NCBI RefSeq assembly: GCF_030684315.1
Contig: NC_081391.1
Location: 13,927,342 to 13,991,341, forward strand
Source: Stegostoma tigrinum
Lineage: Eukaryota
DNA length: 64,000 nt
Reading direction: 5' to 3'
Part shown: positions 10,449 through 21,476 of the stretch, piece by piece
Position numbering within the stretch: position 1 is the stretch's first letter
Layout: every line of letters begins with the position of its first letter
The notes under the pieces: model-generated
Told to the model about the DNA's origin: nothing
Databases searched by the model: none
The model's input: only the letters and a program-made list of their open reading frames with translations
Made by a program: the position numbers and the translations under genes

Positions 10449-13400
10449 ATGGCCTCCCAGATCAGTCAGAACTATCACCAGGATTGTGAAGCTGCTGTCA
10501 ACAAGCAGGTTAATGTGGAGCTCACTGCCTCCTATCTCTATCAGTCTTTGGTGAGTTTTGTCTTGATGGAGTTGAAATTAAATCTATTCTGCAAAAATGA
10601 GCTGATCCTCTTGTTTCTAATTAACTTCATAGTCTTGTAGATTTGAGGAGTTTAAGTTTGCACCTTTAAAAATCATTTTGGGATAAATGTAATGCCCTTT
10701 GGTGACAATGGATTTTGATATTGATGTGCAGTATCTAATTCACCAGCTGGGATTGAGTGATAGATGGAGGGCAAATTGTTCTGTCAATTATTTTACAATT
10801 TACTGCCAGGTCTCTGCCTGGTGGTAACTGTTGTTTTCCTCCCCAGAATTGACCAAACTTTACTAAAATTAGATGTAATGGTGTTGGGAGTTGTAGGCAC
10901 CCCTTGGCTAGTCATCCTGTAACATTTTAATTTACCTTGATCACACTTAATTTGTGCTCTGATCCTAAATACACATGCCAGTTTCCATTCTGTGATGGAG
11001 AATGATGGCAGTGACTGGCTTCTCTGAGCATATGCACTTGTAACTTGCATTGAGGAGGCCTCAGATGTGGACTAGTTGGCTTTCTGCATTCTCAGTTCAT
11101 GAATGGACTGTTAGTGGCCAGGAAGTCACTTGTTGTCCATTCCTCCAATAGATCAATACCCTCCTGTGAGTGCATGCACAGGGTGTCTGGAATAACCTGA
11201 GGTCTTCACTTCACCAAAAAAGGTGAAGAATTGGAGTTTCAAATTCCCACGGTATGGGAAATGGTGCCTTTCTCCAGGGAGCACTGTGCCTATGGCCTCT
11301 CAAAATGGCAGGCTATAATGGTTTGTAAATGTTGAAGCAGCTTTTGAAGGCTGCTAGATAACTGGTAGATAGTGGACACTGGGAGTGCATTCACTCACTC
11401 CCTTCAATGAGGTGGGCTGCTCTGTCCTGCATAGTGTCTACTTTGTGCATGTTGCAGCTCCACTTCTTGGGAAAAAGGGAGAATATTCATCCCTCCATGG
11501 GGCTTATGTCTGAGAAGCATTCTCTTCCCACTCTGAGGATGAAATCCCTGTACCCTTCCCTTTAGCAGGTGGGAACAGCTATCACCAATAAGCCTGTTGG
11601 GTCTTAACTGTTAGTGGTGTCCCATATCAATTGGGCAGCATGTGCCCAAACAACCTACTATTGTATATCTGTGAGATGCAGCTACCCAAGAAAAGCCAGA
11701 GAAATTTACATGACTGTTTTTTGACAAAAGAAACTTCTCAGCCTGATCAGTTGGAACTAGATAACCTGCTCTAACAAGGTGTAGAGCTGGATGAACACAG
11801 CAGGCCAAGCACCATCAGGGGGAGCAGGAAGGCTGATGTTTTGGGCCTGGACCCTTGAGAAATGGGGAGGGGAAGGGGTCCCTGAAATAGGAAGGGGTGG
11901 GGAGGTGAATGGATGAGGGATAAAGAAACAGGTGGTGAGGAGACTCCGGTCTGAGGTAAGGATGGAGCCAATCAAGTCAAGTGAGTTGAGTAGGCCTGTC
12001 CGTGGAGGTGGGGATGGGATTTGAGGTGGCGGGGGTCGGCGGGAGGTTGGGTGGTGTGGGGAAGTAGGTGGGAGGAAGGACGGACCAGTCGGGGAGGTGG
12101 GAACTAGCTGAGCTGTGATTGGGGGAAGGGAGATCTTTCAGCTTAAGTCCTCACTGATACCATTGGGCTGCAGGGTTCCCAAGCAGAATACAAGGTGCTG
12201 TTCCTGCAACCTTTGGGTGGCATTGGAGGCCCAGAATGAACATCAACTGTCCCCTCCTGCCCCTCTGAAGGGGAAGTATTTTGTGACTGGGAGGTGCAGC
12301 TGCTGGTCACGAGCCCAGCATAGGCACTCCACAAAGTGGTGTCAAGCCTCTGCTCGGATTTCCTGATGTAGAGGAGGCCACATTAGGAGCAGTGGATACA
12401 GCATACCTCACTGCAGGTGTGTAGGTCCACTTCGTCTTGATGTGGAAGGTCTTGGGGCCTGGGATGAGGGGAGGTGTAGCACAATCTGTGTGGCAGGAAA
12501 AAAGCCCTGGCTAGTGGAATGTACAAGGGAATCAGTGGTCTCTCCAGAAGGCAGCTAAGGTTGGAGAGGTAAAACATGTCTTTGTCAGATTGTAGATTGT
12601 ATAAGTGCCAGAGGATGATGCACTGGATCCTGGCATTGAGGTGGTACTGAAGGATGAGAGGATTCTGTTTTGGTTGTGTGAGGGATAAGATGCAAGACCG
12701 GTTGTGTTTATCTTCCACTAAAGGGAAGTTACGCTCCCTCGGAAAACGAGGACATCTGGGATGCCCAGGAGTAGAATGCCTCCCCTCGGGGCTGGAGGTG
12801 AAGGAATTGGATTAGGGGATGGCGTTTTCCTTCCACAGGAAGGTGGGTAAGGTGTATTCTAGGTAGCTGTAGGAGTCAGTAGGTTTGAAATATATCAAAG
12901 ATTGATAGACAAACTTAAGGTTGAGGTAGAAGGCTCTAATGAATTAGAGGAACCGTTCAAGCTCCTTTGTGGGATGTAATGGAGGAAGATGTGGAGTTTA
13001 TGGCCCATCTCCCTGTAGAAGGATTGTTCCACAAATCCTAACAGAAGCAGGCACAGCCTGGGCCCATGCAGGTACCTATGGCCACCCCCTTCCTCTGTAG
13101 GAGGTGGGAGGAATTGAAGGAGAAGTTAGGGGTGAGGATGAGTTGGCTAGTGGACAAGGTTGTTGGTGAATGGGGACCAGTCAGACCTGCAGGATGAGAG
13201 AAGCAGAGGGCCTTAGGCTATCTCCATGGGGAATGGATGAGGTTGGAGGCTGTGGCTGGGAGGTCATCTCCAGTGAAGTTGTAAATGGACTAGGAGATGG
13301 TTTGGTGGTCAGGGGTGGAGTCATGATCAAGGGCGGGGTGGTAGGAGGTATCGGCTGCTCTTCCACACAAGTAAATGTGGCACTCCAGCTCCTGGCATTT

Positions 13401-15027
13401 CCTTAAACCCTGTTCAGTCACAAACTTCATCCAATTCTGATGGTGCTTAGAGTGGAAATGCTCTTCTCTCTACAGACAAGAACAGGCATGGTCAATTCAC
13501 AGGTTTTGGTCAAGGAATTTCAAGTTTGCCTGGTTACCAGGAGGAGGCGAGGGTTGTTTTTGATGATCCTTGAACTGGAGCCACTGGCTAATTGGACAAT
13601 GGTTCTCATCCACCTTGATGTATTTAAAAAAACATGTCATGTTTATTGACTTCTCAATTTGATTGAAGGCTAAACCAGTCATGTCTGGCACCAATTGCAT
13701 GATGTTTAATGGTTGTAACTTGTTTTCTCCCAGATGTCCTACTTTGACCGGGATGATGTTGCCCTCCCCCATGTCTCCCAGTTCTTCCAAGATCAGTCCC
13801 AGGAGAAGCAGGAACATGCAGAGAAGCTGCTGAAATTCCAGAATCAGCGTGGAGGCAGAGTCCTCCTCCAGGATGTGAAGGCTGGTGTTGGGTTTTTGGG
13901 GTGGGGGGAGTTGGGTGGTAGAGAGTGGCTGCTCCTCAGGGATGGCACAGTGACTCGGTGTTTACCATGCATGCCTCAGTGCCAGGGATCCAAGTTTTGT
14001 TCTTGGTTCTAGGCTCCAGTGAACGACTGGAGTTTACTTGTTCTTGCCATGTCCACATTGGCTTCACGGTTCAATGACGTGTGGGTTAGAAGGATTGCCA
14101 TTTAAAATGCAGGGTTACAGGAATAAGGTGGGATTGTTCACAGAAGGGACTTGTAGCGACGAACGCAGTGGCCGTACCTGCTGATCGGGGATGAATAAAA
14201 CGATGTAGTGACCTTTGTTATTGTCACCATGTGTCAAATAGCCTGTTCCCATGCTGCAGAGATTCTGAAGCTTACCTGTCCTTCTCTCCATCCCCAGAAG
14301 CCAGAGAGGGCTGAGTGGGGTAACAGCCTGCAGGCAATGCAGGTTGCCCTGGATCTGGAGAAGAATGTGAACCAGAGTTTGCTGGATCTACACCAACTCG
14401 CCACAGCCCAGACTGACCCTCATGTGAGCTTTCCCACCTCCTCGTTCTGATCACTGCTAGGCCCTCAGGGCAACACCTCATTGGTCTTTTGTAGATTAAA
14501 ATTCACTGGGATACTTTGATCACAATATCATATCTGAACAGTATGTTCATTTAATCAACATTAAAACAGCTCAGCAATGAGCTGAAATGGGAATTTGGAT
14601 TCAGTACCACGAGTGATGTTGGCCACTGAATTCACTTTCAGGGCCACTTGCAGTAGAATGATCATTGTCTGTCACAGTTCAGCTCGGCTCCACTTCACAA
14701 ACAACAAGGTGCATCTGGAATGTTACTGTCCTCCCTGGCGCAACATCTAGATGTCAGTGGCTTTTCCAGCTGTCGAGAGCCAGTTATGGTGGGGTCTGTT
14801 TCGCAGTGGGAATTCTGAAAATTTCCTGGATCATGCAAATGTACCAAGTTGCCATAATTCCTCTGTTGCAGCTGTGTGACTTCCTGGAGACCCACTATTT
14901 GGATGAGGAGGTGGAGATCATCAAGCAACTTGGGGACTACATCACCAACCTGAAGCGCCTGGGAGCCCCTGAGAATGGGATGGGAGAGTACCTGTTTGAC
15001 AGGCTCTCCCTGGAGGACAGCAGTTAG
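10449..15027 (+). CDS. Ferritin subunit copy 2; exons 10449-10550, 13734-13880, 14298-14423, 14872-15027 (176 aa); GC donor after exon 2
   Basis: [34 protein letters not shown] plus intact exons 2-4. The intron-2 donor reads AAG|GCTGGT rather than AAG|GTTGG. Confidence 0.88.
11772..13345 (-). mobile_element. Degenerate Penelope-like retroelement (RT plus GIY-YIG remnants) in intron 1 of copy 2
   Basis: Minus-strand 13021-13088 reads [13 protein letters not shown].. (cf. PLE RT GxAMGxxMGPxYA). Minus-strand ~12340-12420 reads [20 protein letters not shown] (cf. GIY-YIG VYxIxCxxCxxxYIGET). The terminus is shared with the hairpin elements. Boundaries are approximate. Confidence 0.75.
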
Positions 15028-16616
15028 TGTGGCCTGGAGTACTGTCTGCTTGGTCTGAATGCATTCCCCACTTCACCCTGGGCAATCTGTCTCCTTCCAG
15101 GGAGAAGGGACTTGTAGCAAAGAATGTAATGGCTGTACCAGCTGAATGCAAATGAGTAAAATGATGTGTTTATCTTGGTTCTTGTCCATCATTCAGACAG
15201 CTGGACGCTGCAGGTTCTCACCAATAGGCCTATGGGAAGAGATATCAGGCTCTGCTTTCTGCCCAGGTGCAGGAAACAGCTCAGCTGGGACTGAGATGAG
15301 TTCAACCTGACTCGTATCCTCCCAATGGGCCCTGACATGACCAGCATATTCTGTTTTACATTTGCTGCCTTTATCTCATGTGGACACAGCCTAAAGTTAC
15401 TGGGAGCCGGTGAAGGTTCAAACCAAGGCCAGTACTGGTGGGCTGAGACCTACCCTGCCTTGTTACAGCCTACTGTAGTTGACAGCACTGAACAGTTCAT
15501 TCCTCTTGTTGTGGGAGTTAAATATGCTGCTACCCTGAAGGGATCTTGGTGTAATTACCCTTAGCCTCGAGTCAATTCTCCTAGGAGCATTCTGAAGCTG
15601 GCCTAATGTGGCTTTTGTCAGTTTACTTTCTCTGACCTGTTCCAACACCTTCATTGCTTTTCTCACCCCTCCCACCACCCCACTCCTAGCAATAAACTTC
15701 CACCCTGCCAGTCTACAGCTGGGAAAATTCAGCCCCAACATTGACAGCACCCATATTCCATGGAGTTAGCTCAGGAAATTATCTTGAACTGTTACATGCT
15801 CATGTTTGAGCTCAATACCACTTCGAGCACCATCACTGTGTCTTTTGGAGTAACACAGCAACACTGGTGGTTCAATGCTGCCATTTGATTGGCTCTTGCT
15901 GCTAAAGCCAGCATTGAGCACACTAAGCTGCTCCCTTGGTTCCTCTGTGCTTCACACACGCTGAGGGTTACTCCTGATGAAGGTAGATTTCACCCAATCA
16001 CATTGAAGCATCAGTGCGACTTGGAGAGGAGACCGTGAGATGCTGACTTTCCTGTACGACTGCTTCTTCTATCTTTTTGAGGTGTCAGAGAGATGATGGG
16101 TTGAGGAGGGGGTGATCAGAGCCAGCCTGGGGATTGTTCCAGGGAGTTGTGTAGCGAGTGCACACTGCAGCCTTCACTGAAGGTGTGGGTCGTTCAGGCA
16201 CTGAATGTATTTGTTCCACTACATAAAGTGTTTTATTTCAAATAATCTTGAGTCTTGGCTGTAGAATCTGTGAATCCGTGCAGTGCAGGAAGAGTTTGTT
16301 CAGCCCATTTAGTCTGCACTGATCCTCTGTCCTCTGAACAGCATCTTGTTCAGACACACCCTGTCTTCTTGCCCCCATCTTTCTATCCCACAGCCATTGC
16401 AAAGTAAACTGCATGTCTCTGGACTGTGGGAGGGAAGGAACCCACACAGACACGGGGACGATGTGCAGCCTCCTCAGAGTCGCCCATGACTGGAATTACA
16501 TGTGGGTCCCGGGCACTATGCAGCAGTAGTGCTCATCAGTAAGATACCATGCCCCCGAAAGTAACAAAAACAGGAGCGGGTGGTGAGGAAAGTAAAGCAA
16601 GCTTTTCCTTTATAAG

Positions 16617-19600
16617 ATGAGTTCCCAGATCAGTCAGAACTATCACCAGGATTGTGAAGCTGCTGTCAAAAGGCAGATTAATGTGGAGCTCACTGCCTCC
16701 TATCTCTATCAGTCTTTGGTGAGTGCTGTCCCTGTGGGGTTAAAACTTGATCTATGTAGTTGAAGTAAATGTTTTCTCTTGAATTTAATTAACTGGACAC
16801 TCTCTCTTTGTAGATTGAGTTTTGTAGTCCTTTCCTAAATATTAATTCAGGATAAGGGCAACGTTACTATACCAATGGGGTTTGATAATGATGTACTCTG
16901 AAGCTGGGTCCCAGTTGGGCTTCAGAGATATGTGGAGGATGAAGTGTCCCTGGAGATATTTACCAGTTTGGTGTTTGAATTGGCAGTAGGTGTCATTCCC
17001 TCTAAGATTACCAAATGTTGGTAGGGTTACTTCAGAAAGGTATTATATTGATCATACTGTGGGACTAGAATCACCCACTGGCTAGTTACCCTCTTTCTGA
17101 CAGGTTTAAGTATCTGATTTTATATTTGCTTGCTTTTGTGGTGATACTTAAATATCAATTCTGATATTGACAATGATAATTCCCTATTGCAGTCTGCTGT
17201 GGCTAATCTGAGCAAACCTACTTGAGGTTAGGCTGTGAGTGACTGGTATCTGACTTTTTAAAGTAGATCTCAGCTGAGGCCTGCTTGGCATTTTGCACTC
17301 CCATCATGAGATGGGTGTGGCCTATCCCTGAACCTGTAGAAAGTTGATCTGCTTTAGTGTGTGGCGTGTTGAAGCTTCTGCAAACCATGTTTGCCTCCTG
17401 CCCCCTCACCCACACCCTGCATCCCCTCTAGCTGCTGGCGTCTGAGATTCATGGTCCAGTCTCTATGCCATCCTGATAGGGAACAAACTGTCCCCTTTAG
17501 CCAGGTGGCAGTGAACCTGTAACTTTCCAATGGGTAGAATGTTTCAGACAGTAGGAACAGCAGATGCTGGAGAATCTGAGATAACAAGGTGTAGAGCTGA
17601 ATGAACACAGCAGGCCAAGCAGCATCAGAGGAGCAGGAAGGCTGATGTCTTGGGGCATGACCCTTCTGAAGGTGGGCCTAGGCCCAAAACAGCAGCCTTC
17701 CTGCTCCTCTGCTTGGCCTGATGTGTTCATCCAGCTCTACATCATCGTATCTCAAGGGGTAGAATGTGTTTGGAAGTTGTGTTGAAGTAACCTTGGTGAG
17801 TGCTGCAGGGGACCTGGTAGATAATTCTCCCTGAAAGGAGGTGGTGAATGCAGTCCCCATGAAGTGGGCTGCACTGTCCTGGATGGTGTCTGCATCTTGA
17901 ATGTTGTAGCTCCACCTCCACAGACACATGGAGAATCTTCTTCACTCTGAGCTTTTGTCTGTTAGAAAGAAGATGCCTCATGACAGATGGATGAAGCCCG
18001 TATAAACTCCATTTGGGAGGTGGGTACAGCTTTCATTGGTGAGCCAGTTGACGGGTTTTAATTACTGACTAGGGTCCCAATTCCCTTGGGGAACACGTGT
18101 GCCAATTATAAAATCCTTCCTATTCTCTCCTGCCACAGCTTGTTCCTACCCCGTTAAACAGACAAGAAATTTTGTTTGACTGCTTCTACATGAAGACAAT
18201 AACTTCCCACCAGGCTTCCTCGACAACAAAACTCTTAGCTCCTGTTTCAAATATCAGAAGAATAGCCCTTCATAAACCTCAAGGCATTGGATTGTGAATA
18301 TCTCGGTTCGGAAGTGAGTCACATGTGGGTGGACAAACAACAGAACGGTGCCAGCTGGGATAAGCCAAACTTTGTTGTCCAGCTTTGTGTTAACTAGTGA
18401 CGTTAGATCAGCCATTATCTGTAGATACAGGTCACATTGGTTCTTTCTCTCCAATGTTTGACCTTCCCTCAGTTTGATTCAATTTGTTTTGTTCATGTGA
18501 CCCTTGTTCTCCCCCTTCTGGATGTGAGTGCACTAATTTTAGTGTGCTATAAACTATAACTGCAACAATCCAGAGGCAGTTACTGGGTAGGTTTTCCTTT
18601 GCACTATCTTGTTGTCGCTTTCTCTCATTCGCCTCTATTATATCTTGTAGTCATAAAATATACCGTACATTCAATCTCCCTGGTTTTGAGGCCACAGAAA
18701 CCTTGCTTCCTCCTGGTTATATTGTTACAGCAGTGTCTAACATGTATTTCCATGCCAGCCCCAAAGGAGCAATAGTGTTACAGCTCCCCTACTCAAGTAT
18801 AGCCTGCACTCCAGCTCCTGGTGCTTGTTTCAGCTGTTTGTTTGGCACTAATATTGTCCAATTCTAATGAAGGTTCGTGAGTGCAAACATGGCTGGATAC
18901 AAGAAGAGCTATAATGCTGTGCCAGGCAGCCTGAGCAATTTACTGTTTGTTTTAAGCCAAACTTTTGCCAGTTTCCAACAGGAAATTGGGATTGTTCTGT
19001 TTGATCCCAGTTGAAGGATCTGCTGGACAGCTGGACATCATTGGGTTCTCAAACATGTTCACATACCAGGCAGTTAGTTTGCTGCAGAAGGCTGAACTAG
19101 AATTTGGAGTCAGTGCTGTGTTTAATGGGCTTTAACATGTTATCTCCCTTCCAGATGTCCTACTTTGACCGGGATGATGTGGCCCTCCCCCACTTCTCCA
19201 GGTTCTTCAAAGATCAGTCCCGGGAGAAGCAGGAACATGCAGAGAAGCTGCTGAAATTCCAGAATCAGCGTGGAGGCCGAGTCCTCCTCCAGGATGTGAA
19301 GGTTGGAGTTGGGTGGGAGGGTTGCAGCTGTGGAGGAGAGAATGGCAGCTCTTGTGGTGCTGCGTCCTGTTGGGATGTGAAAATCCTATTTTGGCCTGGC
19401 TTCCCTGTTTGATTTCTTTTGAAGGCAGTTTCTAAACAAGCCCTATTGTCCACCATGTCTATGCTGCCCACAAACATCAAACTAGATTAACACAATTTCC
19501 TGCACTTAGTCCACAGCCGACTATCTTCTGGCATGAAGAAGTTGTTGAGATTAGGCTTCAATGTTGCTGGAGTAACTGCCTCCACTGACCCCACAGGTAA

Positions 19601-21345
19601 TGCATCCCATACCTCTCCCACCCTCGACTGGGTGGGTGGGTCCTCCAATCTCCTCAAACCTGTGCCATCTGGTCTTCATGTCTGCCATGGGGACTGTGTA
19701 TTGTCCATCCTCCCTGATCTTCCACACTTCCATCAGATCACCATCCCAGGCTATCCAACCTCCCTCTCATCATTGTATTTTTGTTGTCTTTTTTTGCTTC
19801 CATCTTGGGCCAACATCCTGATGACCCTCACCTGTACCCCCTGCAGTGCCACCTTGTCCCTCTGATGGTGGTTCTGGTCACCACACTACATTCCATCTTT
19901 GGTCTGGACAATGCTGCCATGTTTGTGGCAAGACTCATCCTTTCTACTGAGCCCCAAATCATGGAGACCAGCATCATGTCAGCCCCTTCCCCACTCTGTC
20001 TACCTTTGCTGAACCTTGAGGGATGGACTTGGGCATTTGTTGCTTGTCCCTTTTACTGTAAGCACATTGCTCCCTTCAATGAATTAAATAGTAGTGATGT
20101 CTGATCATCCTGCTCAGACATGGATGAAGCCACCAGCACAGGTGAGACATAGATGCCTGGCCTGCAAGGTGCAGATTGGTACTCTACCTCAAGAGCCCTT
20201 GAGACTAAGGTGTCAATGTCCTGATCTAAACGCCAAATGGGCACTGGTGCAAACAGTTGAACTTTGTGTGAAATAAATCCCTAGCCCACAATGACTTCAT
20301 GCTTCAGATCAAGGATAAATGGAGCAAAGTGAAGTCACTTCACAAGTAATGAATGTGGGTTTTAGGGGTGGCACAGTTGCTCAGTGCCAGGGACACAGGT
20401 TTAGCTCTGGCCTCTGATGACTGGTGCTTACATGTTCAGGTTTCTTCCTACAGTCCAAATATGGGCAGGCTGCGTGAAGTAGCCATGGGGGAATTGCAGT
20501 GCGAATGGCTCAGGTAAATCTGAGATCTTCTTCAGAAGGTTGATTGCAGACTCAATGGGCTGAATGGCCTGCTCCCATGCTGCGGCGAGTCTCTGATTCT
20601 GAAGCTTAACTGTTCCTGTTTCCATCCTCAGAAGCCTGAGAGGGATGAGTGGGGTAACAGTCTGCAGGCAATGCAGGTTGCCCTGGATGTGGAGAAGAAT
20701 GTGAACCAGAGTTTGCTGGATCTACACCAACTCGCCACAGCCCAGACTGACCCTCATGCAAGCTTCACCTCTTCATTCTCATCACTGCCATGCCTCCTCA
20801 ACTTCATTGGTTGGTCTTTGTGGAGTGGAAATTCACAGACGTAACTTTGTCCAGATGCTACATTGTACCTTTGTCATCATAATTATGATGACAATGTTAA
20901 ACTGCTCAACACCGAACTGAAATAGGAATTTGGATTACAGTCTAGTGGGAATGCTGATGTGATTTTTGGCTGCTGAATTGGGGATTGTTGCACTATACAA
21001 GACAACTTGGAGCTCTTTAAGAAGGTGAGATGAAGCAGCTGAAATGTCCTCACTGGCACAAATTCTCCACCTGTTAGCTAGATTTTCAGGGATGTCTAGA
21101 ACTAGCTATGGCTCAGTCTTTTTCAGTAGGAATTGTGAAGTTGTCTTGGATAGTATAAATGTACCAAGTGTCATATTCCTCTGTTGCAGCTGTGTGACTT
21201 CCTGGAGACTCACTATTTGGATGAGGAGGTGGAGATCATCAAGCAACTCGGGGACTACATCACCAACCTGAAGCGCCTGGGAGCCCCTGAGAATGGGATG
21301 GGAGAGTACCTGTTTGACAGGCTCTCCCTGGAGGACAGCAGTTAG
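16617..21345 (+). CDS. Ferritin subunit copy 3; exons 16617-16718, 19155-19301, 20632-20757, 21190-21345; promoter deleted, GC donor after exon 3 (possible pseudogene)
   Basis: [34 protein letters not shown] with an open frame in all exons. No DR1/CCAAT/TATA block upstream. The exon-3 donor is CAT|GCAAGC. Confidence 0.78.
17543..17752. mobile_element. Hairpin Penelope-terminus-derived insertion (opposite orientation) with a ~15-bp TSD
   Basis: Inverted arms GAACACAGCAGGCCAAGCAG / CTGCTTGGCCTGATGTGTTC; flanks are CAATGGGTAGAATGT 17528-17542 and CAAGGGGTAGAATGT 17753-17767. Confidence 0.72.
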
Positions 21346-21470
21346 TGTGGCCTGGAGTACTGTCTGCTTGTTCTGAATGCATTCCCCACTTCACCCTGGG
21401 CAACCCGTCTCCTTCCAGGGAGAAGAGGCTTGTAGCAAAGAATAATGGCTGTACCAGCTGAATGCAAATG

Positions 21471-21476
21471 AATAAA
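21471..21476 (+). terminator. Polyadenylation signal AATAAA of copy 3 (same position AATAAA in copies 4, 5, 6, 8; AGTAAA in copy 2; AATGAA in copies 1 and 7)
   Basis: Lies about 125-130 nt after the stop codon, at the point where inter-copy similarity decays. Confidence 0.6.

Noticed and set aside
14665-15027. 120-aa ORF (and similar ORFs at 4266, 19104, 27596, 28191) as stand-alone genes
   Set aside because: These are ferritin exons read through into flanking intron; the splice sites define the true boundaries.
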